Source of the DNA: Dicyema japonicum
Lineage: Eukaryota; Animalia; Dicyemida
Reading direction: 5' to 3'
Assembly (NCBI GenBank): GCA_011109175.1
Contig: RDEW01000005.1
Coordinates: 1,046,643 to 1,110,642, forward strand
Length of the DNA stretch: 64,000 bases
A program made the translations under genes and the position numbers. A model generated the notes under the pieces. The model did not search any database, was not told where the DNA came from, and was given only the letters and a program-made list of their open reading frames with translations. This document shows positions 25,721-38,540 of the stretch, in pieces. Positions within the stretch are counted from its first letter, which is position 1. Each line of letters begins with the position of its first letter.

Positions 25721-27429
25721 GAATGTTATTTAAATTTATTCAAATTTGTATTTTACTGGCGGCACACACCCTTTGACAATCTATGCTCTATTTCATCAAA
25801 TGTCTTCATCTATTGGATAAAGTATTTCTGGGTTTGGCACAATTTTGAGGTATTTGGACAGGCCCATCTTGAGGAGGAACAACAGGATTATTTTTAGATT
25901 TTTAATTCTCGAACGTTCCTGACTATGATGCAACATCTGGTCCTGACATAAGATGACTCACATTGAAAAATAGTGAGGGTTGAACGCTTGAAAATGGTCC
26001 TCTTCCAAATAGGTAGTGATACTAGAATCACTAATTTTATTATTAAATTCTAACTTTTACTGTCAGTATTGATTTTTACCATAATTTTTCTACATAATAA
26101 TAATTCTTTAATCTAATGACGTATTTCGATCGTATTTAGTTGTGCATGAAGACCTGCTGGCATGAACACGTAATGAAAGTTTCCGCCGTGATCATGCACC
26201 AAATATTCTGAAATAGTCATCGCGTCATTCTAGGTTCACCCTTCCGCAGTCCTGCAACCAGAATTTCGTTGGTATACACACCTTCAATCATTCAAGTAGT
26301 GAAGTTACCACAGGCTCGTATTTATTGGCCAAAATATAAAAACGAGACTCCTTACTAAATATGAAAATGTGGGGGCTATAAACCAGGAAGTGATAAAATC
26401 TCGCTGGCGACTTTTTTCATATTCTACGTGCAACCTTATTGTGGAAAACATCTTCAACCAAAATAGAATTGAGGGCTTTCGTGGACGGCAGAGAATTACG
26501 CTTCTTCTATGTCAATAGCACCAAAATTGGGGAGGAAATGAAAACAGCGGAAGACGTGGATCACGGAAGAGAGCAATGAGGAAAGCTGGATGGAAAAAAC
26601 TATTAGAGGAATAATAGGGAGCGAAACCTTAAGTATACATATGATTTTGAGAAACGAGAAAGTTCCTTAACTAAAAATCGTCTTAAGAGTTCGAATGGAG
26701 GCTGATAGGGTTAACTATATATCTCTTCTCTGTTGAATAACCTACTTCACATCTTCACGTAAAAAATGAATAATTTGTTGTATAAAAATTGTCAATTGTT
26801 CTTATATCACTCTCATATTTTGATGATATTTTGGATTTTCAATCTTTAAGTCAATTTGATAGCATATCTACTCGATCTATCGAAAAGCCCAACAAATTTG
26901 CTTTTCCTTTTCATACCACCCTGAAAAATAAATCGGTAATAGTTCAATGCATAAACAGAAAAGACTGCTGATTTAAATGAAGAGTAGAATGAACTTAAGA
27001 TAACGTCTTTATTTTCTACTGATATAACCTTTGAAATATCTTTTTTAATCTATACAAACTCAAAGATACTTTAGATTTTCCAAGGTCTTAATTTAGTCCT
27101 CATTTAGTAGTCGTTACTTTTCTTGCTTTTGTTGACTATCCGAGAAACATTTTTCACAATAAAAACATGAAAAATATTTGCCCTCGTTTTTTGGGAATTT
27201 TTTAATTGGTGCTCTAACTGGGGTCATGTGTATAATCCTTTTTTATTGACTGCTCCAAATTGATATTTGGTTTATCACAATTAAATACAAGTGGAATAGG
27301 AACAGACCCTCTAAGAACCCTTCCTCTAAACACAATTTTCTTCGATATTCGTCAATTGAAAAGTACATTGTAAATTTAAAAAAGTACGAAATTTTAAAGT
27401 ATAAAATAACTGCAGCGTAAATTAATAAA

Positions 27430-28309
27430 ATGAGAATAGTACTTCAAACCATAATGACATTTCTAATAATATTTATTAATTTCGAGTATATTCAGTCAGG
27501 TATTTTGGCTATTTTTATCAAGACAACTATACGGTGGCAAAATACAACAACCACGAATATTACTTCTCAGTTGAACACCTTAATAACCATGATTATATCT
27601 GAAATGTAATGAGATCGGGGCATACCCAGCGGAAGTAAATGACAAAGCAGAAAATGATTTTCTACAAAGTAAATTTAATATAAAATTTTAGGTCAAATAA
27701 ACAGTGATTATCTCATTGGAATTTATAAAAAGAGTAAAAATGAAAATATTTTGTTAAAAAACAATAAAAATTCTGTTATAAATTATAATTTACTTTAGAC
27801 ATACACAAATTGGGATAAAATTAAAATATATTTGGATTTTTGGCCAAGATATCGAAATCTACAGGAAAATGGTCCACCTCATCACGTGGCGCAGAACCTT
27901 ATATTTGCGAAAAGGGTATTTCTTTTAATTTAACAGATCCTCCTAAAATAACCACAACTACTATTACTACTACTACTACAACTACTACCACAACTACTAC
28001 CACAACTACTATCCCAACTACTACACAGCGACTTCCGCAAAAACTACCCGGATTATTACCCAAACTCATTGATGAGCAGCAATCGCAAATCCGAAAAGAA
28101 ACCCAGGTGAAGAAGTAAACTCAAAAGCAAGTCAAAAAAGTAAATATTATTTGTATAAAATTAAAGAAGGTTCGAATACTTTAAAAATCGTTATTCCATT
28201 GGTTTTGGTTGGATTGATTGTTGGAGGAGTTTGTATTGCTTACTTCTACAAGTCAAATATTATATTATTTGGTAGAAAAAGAAATTCAGCACAAATTGAC
28301 CAATACTAG
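27430..28309 (+). pseudogene. Type I membrane C-type lectin with Thr-rich mucin stalk; disrupted
   Basis: Signal peptide; CTLD motifs (C..IGAYPAEVND..ENDFL, YTNW, GKW, YICEK); (ACT/ACA)n stalk; TM segment IVIPLVLVGLIVGGVCIAYFY. Frame breaks at about 27600 and 28025-28075. Confidence 0.7.
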
Positions 28310-29569
28310 TCAACTAATTTTAACAAAACTAACAGTTTAACACATTATTCTGCTAATAAAACTAATTATTGTCATTGCACTTTTTGGGGTTAAATTTTAG
28401 TAAATTTATACTATGACGCATTTTTCAATCATTTGCTTCGATATAATCACACCCTGCATATAATTGCATATATAATTTAATCACAAACTTGCGTATGAAA
28501 AACAAACTTTCACATAAAAAATCAAACTCTTTCAAATATTCAGCTACAATCTAAAGAACTTTTTCTTAACCAATAAACATTTAATATATTTTGTACTAAC
28601 TCATTAATCAAATGATGTTTGCACTAAAATACTATTCATGCATTAAGGATAACCCAAAATATTTGTTATTATTTATTCCGCCGAAGATTAGAAATGTTTC
28701 CATTACTCATCTCAGGAACTCACACTTAATTGTTCTTTACAGTTATGCTAATTTATCCAAGACATCAAAATGTTCTTTTTATAGTTTTTTTCTTTTTGAT
28801 TGTGTGTGTGAGTTCCAGAAAAATCCGCTTTCCAAGTGCTGAATCACTGCTGACATTTACCTTCTTTTAGTAATTTTTAAGAAAAGCTCTTGTTTATAGA
28901 CTTTTTTAACTACCATGTTGCCATTCCTGATCTGATGTTAGAAATATTCAATTCTAGAAAAGTATTTAATCATTTCTATGAGATACTGATCTAATTTGAT
29001 CCTTTATCTTGCTATAACAGTAACTACATGTCTTTTGCGTCTTAATAAAATTTCTTGTTTAGTTATGATGACAACATTGCCTTTGTTAATGGTTAATGAA
29101 CCTTTAAATATTAAGTGATAGAGGTACGCCTAAAGAAACTCCTGAGGATTGTCCCAATAACCATGATCCTAAAGAGACATCTGAGGATCGTCCCAATGAT
29201 TAAGAACTCTAACCATCAGGATAAAAAATCCTGAGAACCCTTAATCCGACTAAAGACAAAGAACCTTAAAGAATCCTAAGGACCAAACCACTAGCCCTAA
29301 AGATCAAGAACTTAATAAAGGATCCTAAGAACCAAACCACTAGTCCAAAATACCAACTTCCTATAATATAAAATTCCTAATTTTGTCATTTCTCAAAAAA
29401 GGTAAATTGTGAGCTATGACGTCATGTTGTTACTAAAAGACCGAGTGAAAGTTTTCAGATATATTGAGAGGGGATAAAGACAAATAATAGTCAAATTTTA
29501 TATACACCTATATGAGGTTTTATTAGACTCGCAATCATTAGAATTTTTTTTTAATTATTTCAAATTTAC

Positions 29570-29700
29570 CAGAAAGAAAAGGGATCAACGAGAAGGGTTA
29601 TGGCTAAGACGAAAGATTGGAATAGCCATGCTCGGAGGGAACTCGTTCGCAATCCACGCAGCAGGCTTCCTCAACTGACATTTGTTTAATTGTTAAAAAA
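29570..29700 (+). mobile_element. CRE-type LINE 3' end
   Basis: WLRRKIGIAMLGGNSFAIHAAG; near-identical to 45295-45430. Confidence 0.75.
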
Positions 29701-30181
29701 AATTATTTCAAAATTAAATATTGGATGCAACGAATATCAGTTTAAAATATAAAATACATTGTCATCTGTAAATTTATATTAACCTATTCAAGTTCGGTTG
29801 ATAGACCGATGCAGACTTATATTGGCGCAAGTCTGTTTTTGAGATTTTTATAAACATTATCTTTAAACAAGTTGCAATCAATAATGAAAATCTTGTCATA
29901 ATAAATGACTTTATTAATTTAAAAAATAATTACACTAATCTTCGTATCGATGTTATTCGGTTAATTGTTCGACTTTGTAATCTATAGTTCCCTCAAACTC
30001 ATAAAAATATTGAAAGGTCTTTCCCGTTGAGGAATTGACTTTTTGTTGTAATCAAAGACAATATCTTTGATTAGGGTACAAAAATTTCCAAAACAATCTC
30101 TAGAAGAAGATGTCAAAGACATCCAACGTTTAACAATTTGATAAAATCTGCAAAATTATAACTTACAAATTACCTTTCGAC

Positions 30182-30946
30182 TTGTTCTTGGATCAAGGGG
30201 GCTCGTGGCCCACCTCGGACATGTTTACGGAATATTTTCTGCATAAATCCTCCATTAAGGAATTGCAAAATTCCTCACCATTGTCTGTATGCAAGATCAG
30301 TGGCGATCCGACAAAGGAAAACATATTTCGTAACATGGCCACAATTTCTTCTGCTCGTTTATTTTTAGTCAGCTCAACCATAACATATTTTGAGAAAAAA
30401 TCCAAAACAACCAAAATCTAAACTTTATATCAGTAAATCATACCCATCATTCACTTCTGAGTATCCCCTTAGGTCTATTAAGTCAGCAATATAGCGATCC
30501 CTTGGTCTTCTAGCTAAGATCGGTGTTATTGGCGGTTCCGTGTTTAATAGTTTCTTTGACTGAAAATAAAAATAAAAATACCTGACAAAATGCACAATTT
30601 GAGATTACTGTCCCAATCAAATTCCTACCAATCCCGTAATACTTCTTCCTCATTATCGAAAATAGTCGGTCTCTACCGAAGTGATTATCATTATGTTCTG
30701 ACTAATAAATTGTGACTTTAAGGATACCTCTATTGTTTTTAGAACTAATTCATGTTCTTCACAAAAAAACCGCAGTTTTTTATTACCGTGTAAAATATAG
30801 GCCTTTTCCTCTTCGAAAACAAATTTTTTAAAGATTTTCTTAAGCCGAAACCTGTCACGTGAACTGATCTCTCCTCCTACGTCAGGATTGTTACTGATTT
30901 CTTTTAATTTATTTAATTTTTCTTTGTTTAATCGCACTAGACGCAT
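30182..30946 (-). pseudogene. rve integrase remnant, Ginger/KRBA2-like
   Basis: RDRYIADLIDL, DFFSKYV and PLILHTDNGEEF (DDE core); stops and frameshifts. Confidence 0.75.
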
Positions 30947-31199
30947 TTGTTCACGTTTATTATTTATTAATTTTATTTATTAATTATTAAAATTTATAGA
31001 TATATTTTAATATCTAATGAAAGATTCATGAAATTTCATATTTTTAATTAATTTGCGAAAAAAAAACAATTAATTAGTTATTATGTGGGCTTGTGAAGAA
31101 AACTGTCTACATTTGTAGCGAACAGACCCAACTTATTACCCTCACCTAGCAGCTACCAAATAGTTCTTGGTAGTGTCTACGTGACGAGCGACAAACTAA

Positions 31200-33220
31200 C
31201 GTTCCCAGATTTCTTTAATCAGATGTGGTGATGTTGAACCAAACCTGAACCCGTGTTATTTCAGCGAAAGTTGAAGATACTCCAGTTGAAAATCAACGGT
31301 CTTTCCAAAAAAATGTATTGATTTACGTAACTTCTTGCACAATCATTGTGTAGACATTGCCCTTATCCAAGAAACTAAACTTAAACCGAAATCTAATATT
31401 CCTCACTTCAAGAACTATTCCGTATTATATTCCGAACTACTCCAGCTCAGCTGGGGGTGGTTTAATTATTCTTGTACACATTCCTATTCCTTTGCTGATT
31501 CCTCAACTTTTAATACACCTCTCATATCTGATGATCTTCATATTGAAATTTTATCTATCTGGGTCAATATCAACAAGTCCTGTTCACTATGTCAATGTTC
31601 CCTCCTCTTTATAACTATACGCCGAACTTACTTCCACGTTTTTCTATTGAAAACTGTATCTTATGTGGTGATTTTAATGCTCATCATCCTGCATGGCTAT
31701 CCTCCAACAAACCTGATAAACGTGGAGTGCAAATTTTGCATGATATGGAGGACTTAGTTATTCTGAATATCCTGTTCTGCGTACTCGTTGTGCTCTACGT
31801 TTAGCTCATTCTAATACTTCCCCAGATATCCACCTCCGTTCTCAAAGTATGGCTCCCGATGATCAATGGTATGTCCTTTATGATCTCCAAACTGACCACA
31901 ACCCGATTTTAATTATCTTCAACCATAAAACTACCAAGAGGAGGATCACAAAGACGTATATAAACTATAAACGTGGAAATTGGGATTCTTACAGAAACGA
32001 GACCTAAGTCGTACTCAAAAACTTTTCTTGTGCTACTTTCCACTCTTTTGATGCTGCTGTTGAGTTCTTCACAAACTGTCTAATTGCTGGGGACAAAAAA
32101 TTTATTCCCCGTTGATTCATCGCGCCCCGCTCTTAATCCAATTTAAGTGGTCTCTAAGAAAAATTGTCTTATTCTATGCGAAGATAAGCCAACTTTCTAC
32201 CCCAAAAGGACTCCGCTCTAAGAGACCGCATGCTCTGAAGTCAACAGGCCTTTTCATTATTCCGCAATCTCTAATTACTTAACTTATTGACAACTCTTGA
32301 TACTCGAATGCAAGAGGGCCTGACGGTCTTCCCATATATCATCTAAAAAATCTAGGACTTTATGCTTTAACCAATTTAATCAAACACTGAACTGATCACG
32401 GATCAGTACCTATGCTCTGGAAAAAATCCTATTTTGAAGCCTAACCGCGACTTTTCTGATCCTTCTTCTTATCGTCTATTTCCCTTTGCCTGTTGTCTCG
32501 AAGATTGGTTAAAGAGTTCTACTAATTTTAATCAAACCGTACTTGTCATTTTCCGAATCCCAACATGGCTAAACTGACTCTTGAAACCTCCGGAAAGAAC
32601 AATTTTTGCAGAACATCCTGAAAGTTTTTAACAGTAAAATCCTTTCTACAAAAATACAATCTCGTTTGAAATTATGGCTGCCTACTTTCTCTCTGGTCAC
32701 TTTAGTCGTTTTATTATTTCAACCCACTCTCATTATCGATACCTTCCAAACGGCGTTCCCCAAGGTTCGGTGCTATCTTCAGCCTTGTTTAATCTTCATC
32801 TAACAAGCTTACCAACAAATCAGGACACACATATTCTTTCTTATGCCGATGATACATAAGTTTTTCTCGTCACCGCGACGAACCGTTGCTTCCATGGTCT
32901 GCAAGAAATTACAAAATTTCTTTTGGATGGACCAAAATCTCCTCATCCCTTTTAACGAAAATTCAGCAATCACGCTTTTCACTCCAGACCGTCGTCAATT
33001 AACTTGGACTCAACTTCCTGTGGTTAAAAATCCTAAAATACTTAATGTGATATTTATACTCAAACAGGATGTCTCCCTACCTATAGGAATCTTCAATGCC
33101 TTATCTACCACATGCCAAAAACAACTAAACCAGTCCTACACTATCCCTAAATATGAATTTCTTCCAGTGAACAAACATCCGAAAATTCTAAGAGTCGTTT
33201 TTGAACCGCCTCTGTTTTGA
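31200..33220 (+). mobile_element. Degenerate Ingi/Vingi-like LINE with N-terminal 2A-like motif
   Basis: RCGDVEPN, then APE (IALIQETKL, LCGDFNAHH) and RT (GVPQGSVLS, YADD). Confidence 0.85.
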
Positions 33221-33227
33221 AAAACCT

Positions 33228-33440
33228 TTGGCTTGACGAGTGACGCCGTCATCAGTGAACATCTCACTACGGAACCGGATCGTCCACAAATGGACTCGCA
33301 CCCAACAAAAAGAAAAAAGAAGTAAAGAACATTCCTTGGCTCTCCCTCATAGTTTAGCTATGATAACTGCTCGTTACTTAAAATAAAGTAATGTCCTGCC
33401 TGGGAGGAGCTGTAGCTAATATGGCTCAGAGAAAATCAAA
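33228..33440 (+). mobile_element. SINE family 1, 3' part
   Basis: ggcttgacgagtgacgccgtcatcagtg is identical to the reverse complement of 52021-52048. Confidence 0.75.
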
Positions 33441-33849
33441 TGTTCTTCAAGTTGCTATTAAAAAATTTCTAATGCTCTTGAAGACAGTTTATATATTTTC
33501 AAGGTGGCCTTCATGTATATCACTGTCTTTCTTACAAAAGCTACAGAAGGTGCAAATTCAGCACTGAGAGCTATAACGGTCTTTTTAAATCATCTCATGT
33601 TGGCCACTTACAAATATCTCGAACAATCACTTAACCCAACCAACTAACTTTCCCACTATTTAAATTCATTAACAGCAAACACATCCATAGGACCTTCAAT
33701 GACCTTCAAAGAACACTTCGGAAAATCTCACCTTGAACCTAGAATATGCTATACATGACTCTGTGCTCACGCGTGCCTTACAGAGCTGCCTAAAGACAAA
33801 AAGAAACTGTAGATGGATGGAAGCTGATAAAGCAAACCAATTAGTTTTG

Positions 33850-34430
33850 AAAGTTGGTTGTGAGTTTAGTAATTCTTGTTTTTATGACAAAATAAAGTAA
33901 TAATAATTTTGAAGAGACAGTAGCATCGAGTGAACAGATTTCCACGTGAGTTGTTGTAAAACTGAGGTTCCTAAAAAGCTCAGCTGGTTTCTAGGTGCTG
34001 GAGACATCGCTCGTGGAAAAATGATTGCATTTGTGGAATGCAAAAAAATGTCAAGCAGAAAGAAAATCTCTATGAATCTCCGGATAAGTTTATATAATGC
34101 TTTTTCGTACAACCAATCCTACTTTATAACTCGAGAACGTTGGAAAAGTCGAAAACAGATCTTAAGAGACTTGAAGGGTTCCACAGAAATTATTGAGTAA
34201 AATCTTGTGCATCCATTGCCCAGAAATATAAAAAAAGTGAAACTCTGTGGATACCGGGATTATTTAACTTAGACGGCAAGACTCTACAAGCTTTGAAAAT
34301 GCAAGCCGATACACGAAGAAGTCTTTTATGATCTCCCAACAATACACCATTCAACACAGAAAACTCTGAATTATCCACGGTACTAATTTTTATTTCGATT
34401 GGTTCTAGTAGAGTACGGCGAAGTTTCACG
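33850..34430. mobile_element. RTE fragments in opposite orientation (+ 33850-34195, - 34196-34430)
   Basis: Plus: MSSRKKISMNLRISLYNAF. Minus: STVDNSEFSVLNGVLLGD. Confidence 0.55.
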
Positions 34431-35225
34431 AGTGGACGGTGACATTTAACTTTTCAATTTTTATATTTATTAAGAATTGCTATTTTAAGGAAGTTCTGTT
34501 GAAAGAATAATAACCGTTTTATTGCTAATTATTGGGAATGTTATGTCTCGATTATTTTTAAAAATCTTACATTTCAGAAAAATGTGAATTATCCAGCAAG
34601 GATCACTGGAAAAGAGAGATCCTTTTTGAACGTCTCCTTAGTCAAGTGGATCCCATAACGATCTTGGGAATTGAAGAAAGCACATAGCAAAAAATGAATT
34701 TTCGACATACTAGGCAATGGTCTGGGAATTTAACCGGACGTGAGAGACATCACTAACCACTACGATTCCTAATCAGCTTATAATATTAACAATCACCAAT
34801 GGCAACCTACAACCACAAGACCATATAATCAATAATTGTAGCAATGACAATGTAAGTGGTCCATTATGGACTGAAGGAAGTAAACCCCTCATGACTGCGA
34901 GCCCAATGTTTTTGGAAGAGCCATCATGTCATTTTAGGCTCTCCCTTCCGGAGTCCTGCAAACCGCCCGATAAACTTTGATGTGCTGGGACCAAGTACCG
35001 ATCCCCAATGCTACGATATTTACTCTTTTTGGAATCATCAACGGTACTTGCTGCGGAACCCGCGTATAGTGGCCATAATGAAGCCATTTCATTTACATTT
35101 TGCTTTCGTTATTCTTTAATTATTTTTTGAATTAATTTAAAATATAAAATATAAAGTTTAAATATTTAATTTAATATTTAATAATCATAGTAGTAAAAAT
35201 TAAAAATATTATCGTATTGTGGTAA

Positions 35226-36867
35226 ATGGTTGTGAGAATAGACAAGCATAATGATCCGTACGAAATGGTATTCATTATTTTGATGTTTTAGTTGGACACT
35301 GATTACTATGAACGGGAGGATTACCAATATGGTAGCCAGGATGAAGCCAAAGATGTCCCTCTTTTAACGTGTGTTCAGACATATTTCAATTTTTTGGTTC
35401 TCTATATTTTGGGACACATAAGAGATATTTTAGAATATTACGGACTTGTCAAGCATTCCCTTAAAGAACCAAAATTACCTGTTAGCTAAACTTGGCTTAT
35501 TTCAGGGGTTTGGAGATTTATTTTCTAATTTCGAGAGTTTCTACATTCGTAACCTTTATATGAGGATTCGTGATTGCTTTGAACACGTTGTGAGTGGTTG
35601 TCCTGGTGTGCTTGTTGATGTTTTTGAGCGATTCTCCACTGATGGAAACCTCACTTTTCAATATACAGGAAAAAAACTAAAAAACTTAATCAATCTTGGT
35701 TCTTACAACTATCTTGGTTTCGCTCTACCAGCCAATCAGTCCCCTACCTTCACTGCAGTTTCCAACACTATTTACAAGGATGGGGTGGGGACATGCTCTG
35801 CCTACAATGAATTAGGTTTTTACCAAGAACATTTGGAGTTATGTCAAAAAATGGCTAATTTTGTTGGGAAGGAGGCAGCTGTTGTCTTTACTATGGGATT
35901 TGGGACCAATGCCTTCAATATTCTTTCCTTGGCCAGCAAAGTTATCTTTTTAATTATTTCAGGGAGATTTGATAATTTCTGATGAGAAAAACCACACATC
36001 ACTGATTGTTGGTGCTCGTCTCTCGGGGGCTACCATAAAAGTCTTCAAAAACAACGACATGGATGATCTTGAGAAAGTTCTTAGAAAATCCGTTGTTTAT
36101 GGTCATCCTCGAACTCATCGTCCTTATTCTAAGATCCTTGTGATAGCTGAGGGCATTTACAGTATGGATGGCTCTATCCTGAAATTGCCAAGACTTATTG
36201 AATTGAAGAAAAAGTACAAGGCATATATTTTTGTGGATGAGGCACATAGTATTGGAGCTCTTGGACCTCATGGTGGAGGTGTTTGTGATTACTGGAATAT
36301 TGACTCTTCTGACGTGGACATTCTTATGGGGACCTTTCACTAAAAGTTTTGGTGCAGTTGGTGGTTATATTGCTGGTTCTAAAGAACTTATTAATTATAT
36401 TCGGACTAATTCAAGTTTTGCTTACAGTTCATCAATGCCTCCTGCTGTGGCTACTCAAATATCACGTGTCATTGATATTATTCAATCTCCTGAGGGGATT
36501 GAGAAACTAAAGGATCTAAAGAGGAATCAAAGCTATTTCCGTAGAAGACTAAAGGAAATGGGATTTCTCGTGCATGGTCATCGTGATTCTCCTGTAATCC
36601 CTGTTGTGTTCTCATGTTTGTCAAAACTGAGGTTATTAATTTCTGTGAATGTTTAGTATGATTTCGAGATATGCTATGAAAAGAGGATTAGCCCTTGTTG
36701 TGGTAGGATCCCCTGCAACTCCACTAATTGGCGCCAGACTTAGGTTTTGCATGTCCTCAGGTCACACTAGGGATATGCTTGATAAGGTTATTCTTAATAC
36801 TATCTTATAGGCCTTGGAAGTTATGGATGAAATTGGTGACTATTTTATGTTTAAAATTGGCAATTGA
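35226..36867 (+). CDS. SPTLC2: Serine palmitoyltransferase LCB2 subunit (SPTLC2/3); +1 frameshift at 36335-36337
   Basis: [48 protein letters not shown] and VVGSPAT; six introns of 22-25 nt. Confidence 0.9.
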
Positions 36868-37129
36868 TTCTTTTAATTATGGATTGTTCTTATTTTTATT
36901 CTAACACTATAAAAATTTAATAGTTAAGTGTTTCAAGTTCCGAAAGAAAAAGTCCATCCATTACTGCATTTGTGAGTGAAAAGGGAAAAGCATGTGAAAG
37001 AAAGCGAATGAAGTCAATGAAAGTTGTTTTTGGAGAACTGTCATATTTAACGGATATCCAGTACCATTTATCAAATTAGTGACTCGAGAGACGTCGGAGT
37101 TGTATTGGTGAGTGATTTCAATAGAATTA

Positions 37130-37560
37130 AAAAAAAGTAAGCAAATAGTCATATAGCGGCAGCCCTGACTTCGTGGCTATTCCCTCTTATTCCCTGACTC
37201 AAGAATTCCAGCGTCGCAGGCGCAAGGGAACTAGACGTATCAAAGGCGAGTGGAACAAACAAAAAATCATTGGTAGGACCGTATAGTTTGTCCGTTTCAA
37301 CCTCTCAGTTTTCTCAGAACATCTTCAGAGGGACTCTGGAAAAGGTTGCAAAGGGAAACGTGTCGGTGCAGCTGACGTCCCAGGTTTTCCGGCTTCAAAT
37401 TAGAAGATGGTCATCCCATCTGGTCGTTTTTCTTGGATGACGATTTAAATCATCCAAGTTTTAATCTTCGTCAAGTATCTTTTCGTCAGCACTTGAAACG
37501 TATATAATGATCGATCAGTAGGATTCAGATTCAAGACTAAAAACACCCTGGCTCATTTAA
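37130..37560 (-). mobile_element. CRE-type LINE RLE domain fragment
   Basis: KRPDGMTIF, WDVSCTDT and FVPLAFDT motifs. Confidence 0.65.
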
Positions 37561-38540
37561 CCACTCTTAAGTTCTTTGGGATATATTTCTTGGTTCAGAG
37601 TTCGAATCCTAAGAATTATTTTTGCTGGCCGGTTAATCCTTTCGAGAGATTTTTTAAAAAGTATCTTTCCTAGTATAAAATTTAAGTATTGAAATTGTCC
37701 TGGACTCCAAGATATTGAGGTTGATATAGGCGACCTCTTTGTCAAGGGAGAAGAAACCGCTTTGATGAAAGCTTCCCAAAAAGTGGTCAGTATTTAATCG
37801 GTAGTCTCCTGACGTTTATAGTTGAAGTGTGGAGGCAACCACCTCCGAATTAAGGCTTTTTAACGTTAGTGACGTTATTGGAGTCAAGGAAAGGGAACAA
37901 AAAGAGTCACCAGGAAGAGTTGGTTTGTCAGTAACACTATAGAATCTTCTTGCGCTATTTGATGGGTCGTCGTGATCGTCAATGAGCCCTCTGAAAGCAA
38001 TAGTCTTCCTCATAGTAAGGTCATAGAGAAAACGTCGTATATTTCCAGCATAAATTTAAGGGATATAAGCTTTGTAATCATGAAGGAGTGACATCACGTA
38101 CATCTCACCTCTGAAGTAATCACAGAGGGATCTTATTGAAGCATTCGAAATTGATTCCAAAATTCCGCATTAAATTGCGGCCGTCCCCATTTTTAATTAT
38201 CCGCGGCACCCTAAAGTAATGAAAACCAGTGACAAAAGGAAAGTAATTAACATAAGTGGAGGCTCTCAAAGATCAGTCAAGTACATCTGATCTGACGCGT
38301 AACTTCAAGTCACACTAAAGAGGTGGTCCTCTCTTTTCAAGTCAAATCTTAAATCACTAGAATCAGATGATCCTCCTTTTATTTACAATTAAAAGCACGA
38401 TCATTGTAGCGATCGCTATAACAACTCAACGTCGATTATGTCGGCGAGGACCACTTTTGATTGATTTTTGTGTTTTAATAAAAATATTTAATTTATAAAA
38501 AATTATAAACAATTATTCAAAACCAAAATAAAAATGAGAA

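Noticed and set aside
28540-29100. Penelope-like RT traces (NKGNVVII; also 49300-50260)
   Set aside because: Only isolated weak motifs among many stops; cannot be supported without an HMM search.
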